A stretch of 64,000 nt of DNA from an uncultured virus (IMG/VR IMGVR_UViG_3300048930_000155) (Duplodnaviria > Heunggongvirae > Uroviricota > Caudoviricetes): positions 1 through 64,000 of IMG/VR virus record IMGVR_UViG_3300048930_000155; one strand, given 5' to 3'. Position 1 is the first letter of the stretch. Every line of letters begins with the position of its first letter. The translations under genes were made by a program, and so were the position numbers. Below, one piece after another: positions 18,165-27,617 of the stretch. The notes under the pieces are model-generated. The model was not told where the DNA came from and did no database searches. It worked only from the letters and a program-made list of their open reading frames with translations.

Positions 18165-20210
18165 ATGGCTAATAAAGACAAATATTTCGCAGCTTTACCC
18201 TCAAAAGAGGCCGTTTCAGAGATCTATCACAAGGCCCAAGATTGGGGCTCGAGCGCATTAGCCAACGAATACGTAGACAAGCTTCGCCGTAGTTGGTCGT
18301 TTTATCACGGTAACTTCACTTCTGGATCAGGAGATCACGGATTGAGCTTTACTGGCGAGCAGAACGAACTTGTACGATTCCCAGTAAACCACTATAGAAA
18401 CATCGCCAGGCACTTGCTAAATATGACTACGGCTAATCGCCCTAGTCTTAAAACACGCGCTATTAATACAGACGTAAGATCGCAGTCTCAAACCATACTA
18501 GCAGATGGACTTTTGGAGTACTACTTCAGAGAAAAGAATTTAGAGTCGTATGTCAGTAAGGCTACTGAATATGCCATCGTATTTGGTGAAGGATATATTC
18601 GTCTCGGCTGGAACGCTACTGCCGGTCAAATGTTTGAGCAGGACGAGAATAGCGGCGAGCGCTTTTACGAGGGTGACCTAGAGTTCACTAACGTATCCCC
18701 ATTAGACGTTATTCGAGACCCATCTAAAGAAGATACTGCCAGCCATGATTGGCTTATCGTCAGATCATATAAGAATAAGTTCGCATTAGCAGCTAAATAT
18801 CCTGAAATCGAAGATCAAATTCTAAGTGCTCCATCTAAAGATGATCTGGGCGAGTTAAAGTCTGGAAGCTTTAATATGGAAAAGACTGATGACGTTCCAG
18901 TGTACGAGTTCTTCCATAACAAAAACGATGCTCTTCCAGATGGTCGCTACATAGTATTCGTAACCCCTGAAGCTATCTTGTATGACGGTCCACTCCCTTA
19001 TAGAGAAACGCCAATATATCGAATTTCTCCTGAGAATATCTTAGGAAGTCCTTTTGGCTATACTGTAATGTTTGACCTTCTACCTATTCAAGAAGCTATC
19101 AACATGTTGTATAGCACTATTATTACTAACCAGAACGCATTTGGAGTACAGAACGTACTTGTACCTAAGGGCGCAGACTTTACATGGACACAGTTAGCTG
19201 GCGGCCTTAACCTAATCGAATATAATGCTCTCAATAATGCTAAGCCAGAAGCTCTTAACTTGACCCAGACTCCCGCTGAAATCTTTGAGATGATTAAGAT
19301 TCTTGAGCAGCAAATGGAGACTATCTCCGGAATTAATAGTGTAACCAGAGGGCAGCCAGAGGCTAGCCTTCGATCTGCTAGCTCGCTAGCCCTTATTCAG
19401 GCGCAAGCTGTTCAATTCTCATCACTTCTTCAGCATTCGTACGTTAAGGCTATTGAGAATATCGGAAATGGCGTAATTCAAACGTTACAAGACTACGCTA
19501 AATACCCTAGAGTAGCGGCTATCGTAGGCAAGTCACAAAGAGCGTATTTAAAAGAATTCTCCTCAAAAGATCTGCTACAAATAGGTAGGGTCGCTGTAGA
19601 AGTCTCTAATGCCTTAGCTAAGACTACTGCAGGACGCGCAGAGATCGCCAATCAACTAATCCAGATGGGGCTAGTAAAGAACGTTGATCAATATTTTACG
19701 GTGCTGAACACCGGTAGATTAGATTCAATGACAGAAGGCGATCAAGCAGAGCTGTTACTAGTTAAATCTGAGAATGAGAAAATGATGGACGGGACTTATG
19801 CTAGGGCCCTTAGCCTAGATAACCACGCACTCCATATTCAAGAGCACAAAGCATTGCTGGCCGACCCCGATCTTAGAAACGATGAGCAGCTAGTAGAAGT
19901 GGTCCTGTCTCACATCCAGGAACATATTGAGCTCCTAAGAAATACCGATCCTGGCGTACTTGCAGTAACTCGTCAGCAAGCGTTGCCGCCCTTACAGCCG
20001 CCCATGCCTCCTCAAGGAGCTCCTGGACCACAAGCACCGCAAGGCCCTACCCAAGAGGCTATGGAAGGCGCTGAGATGATTCCCGAAGCTATGGAAGCTC
20101 AGACTAACTTTGCAGCAGGCCAGGAAATAGCGGCACCACAAATGCCCACTCCACCAGCTCCATTTCAGAATTTACCAACTAACCCAGCTAACACAGATCC
20201 ACAAGGATAA
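18165..20210 (+). CDS. Portal protein (P22-like)
   Basis: 681 aa directly after terL; ISGINSVTRG motif; Pro/Gln-rich tail. Confidence 0.85.
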   Translation: MANKDKYFAALPSKEAVSEIYHKAQDWGSSALANEYVDKLRRSWSFYHGNFTSGSGDHGLSFTGEQNELVRFPVNHYRNIARHLLNMTTANRPSLKTRAINTDVRSQSQTILADGLLEYYFREKNLESYVSKATEYAIVFGEGYIRLGWNATAGQMFEQDENSGERFYEGDLEFTNVSPLDVIRDPSKEDTASHDWLIVRSYKNKFALAAKYPEIEDQILSAPSKDDLGELKSGSFNMEKTDDVPVYEFFHNKNDALPDGRYIVFVTPEAILYDGPLPYRETPIYRISPENILGSPFGYTVMFDLLPIQEAINMLYSTIITNQNAFGVQNVLVPKGADFTWTQLAGGLNLIEYNALNNAKPEALNLTQTPAEIFEMIKILEQQMETISGINSVTRGQPEASLRSASSLALIQAQAVQFSSLLQHSYVKAIENIGNGVIQTLQDYAKYPRVAAIVGKSQRAYLKEFSSKDLLQIGRVAVEVSNALAKTTAGRAEIANQLIQMGLVKNVDQYFTVLNTGRLDSMTEGDQAELLLVKSENEKMMDGTYARALSLDNHALHIQEHKALLADPDLRNDEQLVEVVLSHIQEHIELLRNTDPGVLAVTRQQALPPLQPPMPPQGAPGPQAPQGPTQEAMEGAEMIPEAMEAQTNFAAGQEIAAPQMPTPPAPFQNLPTNPANTDPQG

Positions 20211-20283
20211 GGCTGGATATGGGTGACATAACCCTTTGCTATTTGAGGAGGCTATAAGCTGTTCTATAAGCTAAGTTATTGAT

Positions 20284-21249
20284 ATGCCATCTTTACTAGA
20301 CCAAGGTCAGATAATACAAGCAGTATACGATCAAGTACTGAATCGACTGCGTGTAGATATAGGCGCTAATATAACATTAGGCGGTGATCTAGAAGTAGCG
20401 ATAGACCATACTACGGACTCTATTAGATTAGGGGACGGTGTAAGCCTAATAACAGCGACTACGATAGGCCCTAAAACTGGCTTAGATGTGAACATTATTG
20501 CTGGAGGTGGTGGCTCGGTCTCCGTAACCCTAGATTCTTTTACGAAAGTGCCAGCCGATAACGTATTAATAGTAGGCTCTGAAGATGGCACGCAGACAGG
20601 CACAAAACACGCTTTAGTAGTAGGGTCGGATCTAAAACTTAGAGTTATAGACGTAGACGCAGTAACAGAGTTACAGGCAGCCAATACAACACTAACAGCC
20701 ATATCAAATCAACTACCGACCACTCTAGGACAACTCACGGCAGCTAATAGCGTGTCTGTTGTGTTAGCTTCAGACCAGCCAGCGATAGATGTAAACGTAT
20801 CTGGCACTCTTCCACTACCCGCCGGAGCAGCAACAGAAGCCAAGCAAGATGCTCAAATTACAATACTAGACGCGATAGAAGCTGGAATACCTGACTCTAT
20901 TGGGCAGTTAGCCTCAGCCGCTAGTATGTCCGTAGTACTAGCCTCAGATCAGCCAGCAATACCAGTCACGATAAGCTCCGAGCCTATTAAGATATCAGGT
21001 ACTATAGACGGTACCCCATCAGGTACTGAATACCCATTCGTATATAACGTTCGTCAACAAATATTAGCAGCACATGATAGAGAACAAGATATAACTTATG
21101 CGGATTTTGGAACTAAAAATCAAAGAGTTACACAAATTGACTATACAAGTGCCACGTTTCCTGGTATAATTGCTAGGAAGACCTTTACTTATACACTAGT
21201 TGGAGTAAACTACCGACGTGACAGTATAGACTGGGCAATATTACCTTAA
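20284..21249 (+). CDS. Virion structural protein with internal repeat
   Basis: Repeated GQL.AA.S.SVVLASDQPAI; late block. Confidence 0.7.
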   Translation: MPSLLDQGQIIQAVYDQVLNRLRVDIGANITLGGDLEVAIDHTTDSIRLGDGVSLITATTIGPKTGLDVNIIAGGGGSVSVTLDSFTKVPADNVLIVGSEDGTQTGTKHALVVGSDLKLRVIDVDAVTELQAANTTLTAISNQLPTTLGQLTAANSVSVVLASDQPAIDVNVSGTLPLPAGAATEAKQDAQITILDAIEAGIPDSIGQLASAASMSVVLASDQPAIPVTISSEPIKISGTIDGTPSGTEYPFVYNVRQQILAAHDREQDITYADFGTKNQRVTQIDYTSATFPGIIARKTFTYTLVGVNYRRDSIDWAILP

Positions 21250-21259
21250 GAGGACTTAA

Positions 21260-23320
21260 ATGAAATACGTAAAAGCAGACTTATTAGCCGATGTAGTTGG
21301 AACATATGATCAAACTAAGACTACCGTTCAAGGTAGGGCTCAAGTTAAGAGCATAGGCGGAGATGACGCATTAGGGCCTCCACTTAATAAATATGTTGAT
21401 ACTGTAGCGGATACCGCAGCCTCTTCTAGTGTAGTACCTTTATTGACTTACATGTCCCCTAATGGCCGCTTATTTTCAATCGGCGCGGAGGCTGGAGGCA
21501 TAGTTAACGTTAGCTTACACACTGTTGATTTAACTACTGGATCACCTACTTTTATAGGAACCATAAGGATGCAAATTGCAGACATAGCATCGTCTACACA
21601 CGTTATGCGCGGCCTTAAAGTAGTAGATAGTGGTACTACTGGGTGGAGAATATTCCTAGCTACTACGGCTAACGTGTCGATTAACGGAGGACTTTACTGT
21701 GTAAATAATGTAAACTTAGCTGACTTTGTAGCCGTTGGTCCTGGAACTTTATTCCCTAATGCTACAGGGTCTGATCAAAAGGCTACATATCTACTTCAAG
21801 ACCCGTCAAATATCGGAGTAGGTCAATTAAATATACAGACCGCCGGCATCACGCTTGACCTACCTAATAATAATATTTATGTCCATAATGGAATCTCGGC
21901 TACGCATCAATTCTACGTGTATTCTACCAACGCAACACTAGACTGCCCAGTTTCTTCTGGAACTATAGACGATATTACAGATAGGATTACAATAACTGCA
22001 CATGGTTACGTAGATAACACTCCTATTTTTATTAGCAGTCTAGTGGGCGGAACAGGACTTTCTAATAATACTGTATATTTTGTTAGAAATAGTACGGTAA
22101 ACGACTTTCAAGTATCTGCCACTTCAGGGGGCGCCGCAATCAACATAACCTTAGCCGGTACTGCGGATGTTTGCAGAGCTTTTGGAACTACAGGCTCTGC
22201 GTGGGTACACAAGACAGGTAACTTACCCGCGCTGACCGGGACGCTTATCATCTCCGACTCAGAAGATTATGCAGTACCTAACCACACAACTAATGCAGGT
22301 CAGCCTTGTATATTTTTCTGCACTAGTACTTCCTTATATTTAGGGCAAATATCTGAGTTAACGTCAGGGGCAGTAACATGGCCGTCATTAGTTGCAGCTA
22401 ATCTTTTAGGCACTGTAAACCAAATAGTAACCCCCGCACTAACTTTAGCAACTTGGTCTAACGTTTTAGATAGGGCCGTATATCTTACAAATACAAATAT
22501 ATTCGTGATTAAGCAAGTAGTTAATAACAGCATTGACGATATATTTGGCGGATCTAACAATATATACAGAGAGGCCACAACTAGTGACGCCGTACCAGTA
22601 GGTACACTAACAGTAGGCGCTATAGATGTAGAAGATGGGTGGCTTGTGCTTCAAACTGGAGCCACTGCAGGCCAGCGCGGAGTTATATTGGCAGACCTAA
22701 GATCAGATTCTGTATTTGACTACTCATTTGTCGTAACTAAAGTGCTAGATACGCCTAATTCTGTTTATAAATTTATTACTACTATAGATAAACTATATGA
22801 TGACACTGGAAGCCTAGAAGTATTCTACAGAACTTCGGGATTTGGCTCTATTTCTGGAGGATGGCTCCCTATTGGATTTGCAGAGGATCTTACTGCTGTC
22901 GCTTCTGGCGAACAAGTTCAGTTTAAGATTAATTTTGCTACCTTGGGACTAGACACATCTATACCCGCTCAATTATGCGAATTCTTTTTAGGCTTTGAAT
23001 CTAACACAGAGATTTCCGATAATTGGGAATTCTCAGACGATTTTTCAGACAATGGTGTTCCATCTCGGACAGCATTTAGACTTAAAAAAGCCTACACTAG
23101 CTCAGTTCCGACTCTTTACTATAGAGCATATGATTTGACTAACGTTCAGCTAGTAAATCACAACACAGTCACAAACGCTGCGAATTTTGAGTACTCAACG
23201 GATAACGGCACGTCTTGGACTCTTTTAGGGACTGTCCCTAACGTAGTAGGTACGTTGCTAAGATATAGCTTCACATCGCCTCCAGGCACAGACGCACGTC
23301 CAGGACTTAAGGAGAGTTAA
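21260..23320 (+). CDS. Beta-rich virion structural protein
   Basis: 686 aa, T/S/G/V-rich; ITITAHG... small beta domain also seen in the 42558 gene. Confidence 0.7.
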   Translation: MKYVKADLLADVVGTYDQTKTTVQGRAQVKSIGGDDALGPPLNKYVDTVADTAASSSVVPLLTYMSPNGRLFSIGAEAGGIVNVSLHTVDLTTGSPTFIGTIRMQIADIASSTHVMRGLKVVDSGTTGWRIFLATTANVSINGGLYCVNNVNLADFVAVGPGTLFPNATGSDQKATYLLQDPSNIGVGQLNIQTAGITLDLPNNNIYVHNGISATHQFYVYSTNATLDCPVSSGTIDDITDRITITAHGYVDNTPIFISSLVGGTGLSNNTVYFVRNSTVNDFQVSATSGGAAINITLAGTADVCRAFGTTGSAWVHKTGNLPALTGTLIISDSEDYAVPNHTTNAGQPCIFFCTSTSLYLGQISELTSGAVTWPSLVAANLLGTVNQIVTPALTLATWSNVLDRAVYLTNTNIFVIKQVVNNSIDDIFGGSNNIYREATTSDAVPVGTLTVGAIDVEDGWLVLQTGATAGQRGVILADLRSDSVFDYSFVVTKVLDTPNSVYKFITTIDKLYDDTGSLEVFYRTSGFGSISGGWLPIGFAEDLTAVASGEQVQFKINFATLGLDTSIPAQLCEFFLGFESNTEISDNWEFSDDFSDNGVPSRTAFRLKKAYTSSVPTLYYRAYDLTNVQLVNHNTVTNAANFEYSTDNGTSWTLLGTVPNVVGTLLRYSFTSPPGTDARPGLKES

Positions 23321-23322
23321 AA

Positions 23323-24681
23323 ATGGCTAATTTCCTAGTAGAAAATAATTTCTATCAGGGAACATCTGAGGCGTGTATAGCAGACCTAACGCCTCCTACG
23401 TTCGCTGGAATAACTTTTTTGGACGTAGAGTCTCGCGGCCAAATCCGAGCCGGGTGGTCCGCAGCCACCGACCCGACCCCACCTATTAGATACGAAGTCT
23501 ATATCCAAGCGTCTTCAGCGGTGGGCTTATTCAATACCGCTAACATCATAGCAGTTAGTCCAAATCTGCAGTATGACATTTTTACTATGCCAGATGGGTC
23601 GTTCTTAGTTAATGGGACTACTTATTATGTTGGCGTGCGTGCTATAGACGGTGTAAATAACAGAGATAGCAATACCGTTTCTATGAGCGTAATTTCTACT
23701 GGTGTACTAACGGCAATCGACACATATGACGTGGACGGGGCTTTTTCTTTAGCACCGGAAGGCGAGTTTCAGGGAACTATTTGGGGTAAAAAAAACGGGG
23801 AGCTAGCCACGTCTGTCAGTACTGTACTAGGAACTGCCTCGTACCAAGTATATGACAAGACTGGTGCGGCCGTAGTAGGTATGTCACAATCTGGTATTAC
23901 AGCCGATGCTAACGGACAGTTTAAGATAACCGCGGTACCATCTTCTTTACAAGAGTCCCTAGATCATTACGTAGTAAAATGTTCTATATCTATCGACGGA
24001 GAAGTTAGAACAGATAATGTTGGAATTGTTCAAAAAGTACCTAGCTACGGAACGTCTGGACAATATACTTTCGACAACAGCGGCGACTTAGTCGGTATAT
24101 TCTGGGCAAGGGACGAAGCAGACACTCAGATATCCGAATTAGCTAGACTTGGTGTAGGATCATACGACGTACTAGATCAAGATGGTGCCATAGTTGGAGG
24201 CTTATCCGAATCTGGAATAGTGGCTGGCGCGCAAGGCACATATACAATTACCCCAGTTTCCGGAATAGACCCCGCGTCCTTACAGTTATATACGGCTAGA
24301 ATTACAGTGGAAGTTGATGGAATAGCGAGAACATCTCTTATTCCGATGACATCAGTAAGAGCAGAACAATTTGCCAAAGCTACATTCTCTATAAACGCGT
24401 TAAACCAGCTACAAGCTACGTTTTGGGTAGAGACTTCTAACGGGCGCGTACAGACTAGTAATCTAGGAGCTGCAAACTATACGATTTATGATAAAGACGG
24501 GGTGCCAGTAGCGGGACTTACTGAGACCGGCATAACCGCCGACGTTAACGGAAGATTTAATACTACACCAGTAAGCGCGGCTTTACTCACCGACTTAACC
24601 CACTATAGTGCCAAAGTCGGTATTGTAGTGCAAGGAGTTGAACGAGTAGCTTATAAAGGCTTTACGCTTCTAGGATCATAG
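23323..24681 (+). CDS. Structural protein: fibronectin-III-like domain plus three tandem ~105-aa repeats
   Basis: WSAATD...YEVY...YYVGVRA; repeated LG.A.Y..YDK.G..V.GL.E.GITAD..G. Confidence 0.7.
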   Translation: MANFLVENNFYQGTSEACIADLTPPTFAGITFLDVESRGQIRAGWSAATDPTPPIRYEVYIQASSAVGLFNTANIIAVSPNLQYDIFTMPDGSFLVNGTTYYVGVRAIDGVNNRDSNTVSMSVISTGVLTAIDTYDVDGAFSLAPEGEFQGTIWGKKNGELATSVSTVLGTASYQVYDKTGAAVVGMSQSGITADANGQFKITAVPSSLQESLDHYVVKCSISIDGEVRTDNVGIVQKVPSYGTSGQYTFDNSGDLVGIFWARDEADTQISELARLGVGSYDVLDQDGAIVGGLSESGIVAGAQGTYTITPVSGIDPASLQLYTARITVEVDGIARTSLIPMTSVRAEQFAKATFSINALNQLQATFWVETSNGRVQTSNLGAANYTIYDKDGVPVAGLTETGITADVNGRFNTTPVSAALLTDLTHYSAKVGIVVQGVERVAYKGFTLLGS

Positions 24682-24682
24682 T

Positions 24683-25237
24683 ATGCCAGTTACTAGAAAG
24701 TTATTAGCTCAACATAATAACGAAGAGAATCAGTGGCTAAAAGTAGATCACAACTCTAGATATATAGTTAATGTATCGCCAGAGTGGCAGTTTCTATTTG
24801 GACCTAATAGCGCACTGTCTACTGGAAGTCGCGTAATAAAGTTAGCCGCCCAACTGGATACCAGCACCTTAGATAAAATTAGACTTATCGGATACTTGTA
24901 TAACTCCGATAATGCCAGCGTAGATAGCGCGGCCTCTGCCACATTTAGCATTTATAGGGTAGAGGACATTACTACACCTAAATGGAACGAAGTATTTATT
25001 GCGAACTTGGGCGGCATAGAGCAAACTAACAGCTATTATTTCGCTGATATAGATATTACAAGCATAACTGGAGCATCTTTAGATGGCGATACTACCTTAA
25101 TGATAGAAGGTACAGTTATAAGATCCGGCGTAACATATAGAGACAGAATATACGTGAACCACCTGGGAATATATGATAGCGTAGTTAGACTAAGAAACGC
25201 AGTTGACTTCCTAGACATAACTAAACTGGACGAGTAG
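24683..25237 (+). CDS. Putative structural protein
   Basis: ORF in late operon. Confidence 0.7.
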   Translation: MPVTRKLLAQHNNEENQWLKVDHNSRYIVNVSPEWQFLFGPNSALSTGSRVIKLAAQLDTSTLDKIRLIGYLYNSDNASVDSAASATFSIYRVEDITTPKWNEVFIANLGGIEQTNSYYFADIDITSITGASLDGDTTLMIEGTVIRSGVTYRDRIYVNHLGIYDSVVRLRNAVDFLDITKLDE

Positions 25238-25240
25238 CAC

Positions 25241-25687
25241 ATGAAGCACGCGATACTAGATAATAACGTAGTAGTAGAAATAGTAGACATCTCTGAAGAT
25301 GAAATTCACGACGTGGCTAGAAATGTTCAAATGTTAATAAGTATAGATGACATGACTCCGCAGCCTGGAATAGGGTGGGTATTAGATGGTAATAGGCTGT
25401 CACCTAAACCACTGCTGCAACAAAGTGTGGCGGCAGCTATTCAGTTTGGAAAAAGTCTTAAAGACGACGTAACCGCTAGAATAGGCGCTAGAAACTTAAT
25501 ACTAAATAAATCTGAAGCAGATATAGCTGTATTGGTTAGTCAACTAATTAATATAGGTTTTGTACTTGAAGGCGGAGCATTAAAGACCGCTAGAGGTATA
25601 ATTCAGCTCATTAAGCCTATGCACCCAGACCACGCAGAAGAGCTGCAGTATGCTATTGACAGGATTACATCATATGTCGGAGAGTAG
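25241..25687 (+). CDS. Possible tail-fibre assembly/chaperone-like protein
   Basis: MKHAILDNNVVVEI...PGIGWVLDG pattern. Confidence 0.55.
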   Translation: MKHAILDNNVVVEIVDISEDEIHDVARNVQMLISIDDMTPQPGIGWVLDGNRLSPKPLLQQSVAAAIQFGKSLKDDVTARIGARNLILNKSEADIAVLVSQLINIGFVLEGGALKTARGIIQLIKPMHPDHAEELQYAIDRITSYVGE

Positions 25688-26198
25688 AGCACAGTACATA
25701 ACTATAGGGTTTTCTAGGCCAAAATCTAAATTAGCCGTTCTAGCTCATTTGATAAGGCTATTTGAAGGAAGGACCCCGTATAGCCACGTATTCATAAGTT
25801 GGCACTCTAGCTCGTTAAATAGAACTCTTATATATGAAGCTCGCGGAGATGGGGTTAATTTTACTAATGAGCACTCGTTTAATAAAAAGAATAAAGTAGT
25901 AGCTACATTTGAATTAGAGGTAAGCCCTCAAGAAAAGACAGAGATACTCCAGTTTTGCATTGATAACTCCAGAACGCAGTATGGCCATCTACAAGTACTA
26001 GGTATTGGGATAATTAAAATAGCTAGGAAAATCGGGTGCAAGATAAAGAATCCGTTCACTAAAGGGAACGTGTGTTCTGAAATAGCGGCAAGAATAATTA
26101 GCATGTTAGGTGTTAGTATAACAGAGGACTTAAACTTAGTAGGTCCTAGATATATTTACGAGGTATTAGATGGCCAGACTAAGATTGACCCCAAGTAA
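25674..26198 (+). CDS. Permuted papain-like (NlpC/P60, YiiX/YebB-type) peptidase
   Basis: YSHV (His), YEA, YG, and CSE (Cys) in circularly permuted order. Confidence 0.75.
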   Translation: MSESRAQYITIGFSRPKSKLAVLAHLIRLFEGRTPYSHVFISWHSSSLNRTLIYEARGDGVNFTNEHSFNKKNKVVATFELEVSPQEKTEILQFCIDNSRTQYGHLQVLGIGIIKIARKIGCKIKNPFTKGNVCSEIAARIISMLGVSITEDLNLVGPRYIYEVLDGQTKIDPK

Positions 26199-26322
26199 GA
26201 ACGCAACCCATACTCTAAAGCCGGCTACCCTCTCTAGAATATCCAAGTGGAAGCGGATAGCAATAGCGTCGATTATCCTAAACGCAGTTACCATTAGCGC
26301 CCTAGTCTGGTTACTCAAATAA
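26170..26322 (+). CDS. Small membrane protein (50 aa; not in the ORF track)
   Basis: GAGG SD; MARLRLTPSK...IAIASIILNAVTISALVWLLK*. Confidence 0.6.
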   Translation: MARLRLTPSKNATHTLKPATLSRISKWKRIAIASIILNAVTISALVWLLK

Positions 26323-26413
26323 ACAAATCCTATATAGATAAGGCTATCGCAATTACGCGACGCCTAGCTTAAACCTTACCCCTAAACTAGGGATAGGCAT
26401 AGGAGTATATCAC

Positions 26414-27439
26414 ATGTCAGATAACGGCAGTTCTGCCCCCATCAATAGCTCAGACTCAAGCTCTTCAGAAGCGTCTAATACCGATTTAAACGCCCAAGGT
26501 AACGAGTCTATTAATCTTGAAGGTAATCAGTCTAGCGAAGAATCTTCGTCCAATGGCGAGGCTTTAAACGCGTCTAATGAGGCTTCTAGCGAGGGTTCAG
26601 AGCCCAGCAAGAAAGAAGTTAAGCAGGCGGCGGCTAAGGTAGACGCTAAACAGTCTAAAGCCGACCCCGAAAAGTACACAATCAAGGTAGACGGTCAGCT
26701 TTTAGAGCTTAATAAAGAAGAAATGGTCAAGTACGCTCAATTAGGGCGCGCGGGCCAATCTAGAATGGAAGAAGCGGCTAGAATTAAGCAAGAAGCCATT
26801 CAATTAGTACAAATGCTTAGAACCAACCCAGAAGCTGTACTCGCTGACCCCAATATCCTAGGTTCAGAAGATAAGGTTATCGAATTAGCCCAAAAGATCC
26901 TGTCTAGAAAACTCGAAGACGATCAGAAGAGCCCTGAAGTACGTGAAAAAGAACGCCTTCAGCGCGAACTCGAAGACCTCCGTGCACACATGAAGCAAGA
27001 AGAAGAGCGTCGTCAGGCGGCAGAATATGAAAGACTCGTGCAGCAGCAAGAAGCTCAACTGGAAGAGCAGATCACTGAAGCTTTTGAAGCATCTCAGTTG
27101 CCTAAATCTCCCTTTGTTCTTAAGCGTTTAGCTGATGTCATGATCACGGCAGCCGAGAACAATAAGGACATTAGCCCTAAGCAAGCTCTTAATATTATTA
27201 AGAAAGAGATGCAAAGAGATATTCAGCAATATATTGACGTATTGCCCGAAGACGCTCTAGAAGCTTATATTAGCGCTGAAAAGGTTAAAAAGCTCCGAGA
27301 TCGTCAGATAGCTAAGGCTAGAGAGGCGACTAAAGCCGCTGCCCCTAAAGTAGCGGAAGTTAAGGAAGTAGCATCACCTAGTTCTGAGCCGGCTAAGAAG
27401 GCTAAGATCAGTATGCGCGACTGGCTGCGCGGCAAATAA
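26414..27439 (+). CDS. Capsid scaffolding protein
   Basis: Low-complexity N-terminus, YTIKVDG motif, charged coiled coil; directly before the capsid gene. Confidence 0.8.
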   Translation: MSDNGSSAPINSSDSSSSEASNTDLNAQGNESINLEGNQSSEESSSNGEALNASNEASSEGSEPSKKEVKQAAAKVDAKQSKADPEKYTIKVDGQLLELNKEEMVKYAQLGRAGQSRMEEAARIKQEAIQLVQMLRTNPEAVLADPNILGSEDKVIELAQKILSRKLEDDQKSPEVREKERLQRELEDLRAHMKQEEERRQAAEYERLVQQQEAQLEEQITEAFEASQLPKSPFVLKRLADVMITAAENNKDISPKQALNIIKKEMQRDIQQYIDVLPEDALEAYISAEKVKKLRDRQIAKAREATKAAAPKVAEVKEVASPSSEPAKKAKISMRDWLRGK

Positions 27440-27617
27440 GCCATAACAAATAGTAATAGTAAAGGATATGCGCTTAGGCTACGTCTAGGCGCGTAACTCT
27501 ATGGACCCAGGATACTTTACTGCTTCTGGCATCCCGTTACGCCGAGACAAGGCTTATCTCAGTTCCTTTTTATTAAACCAACCAATAACTAAAATTAAAT
27601 AAAAGGAAAATAATAAA

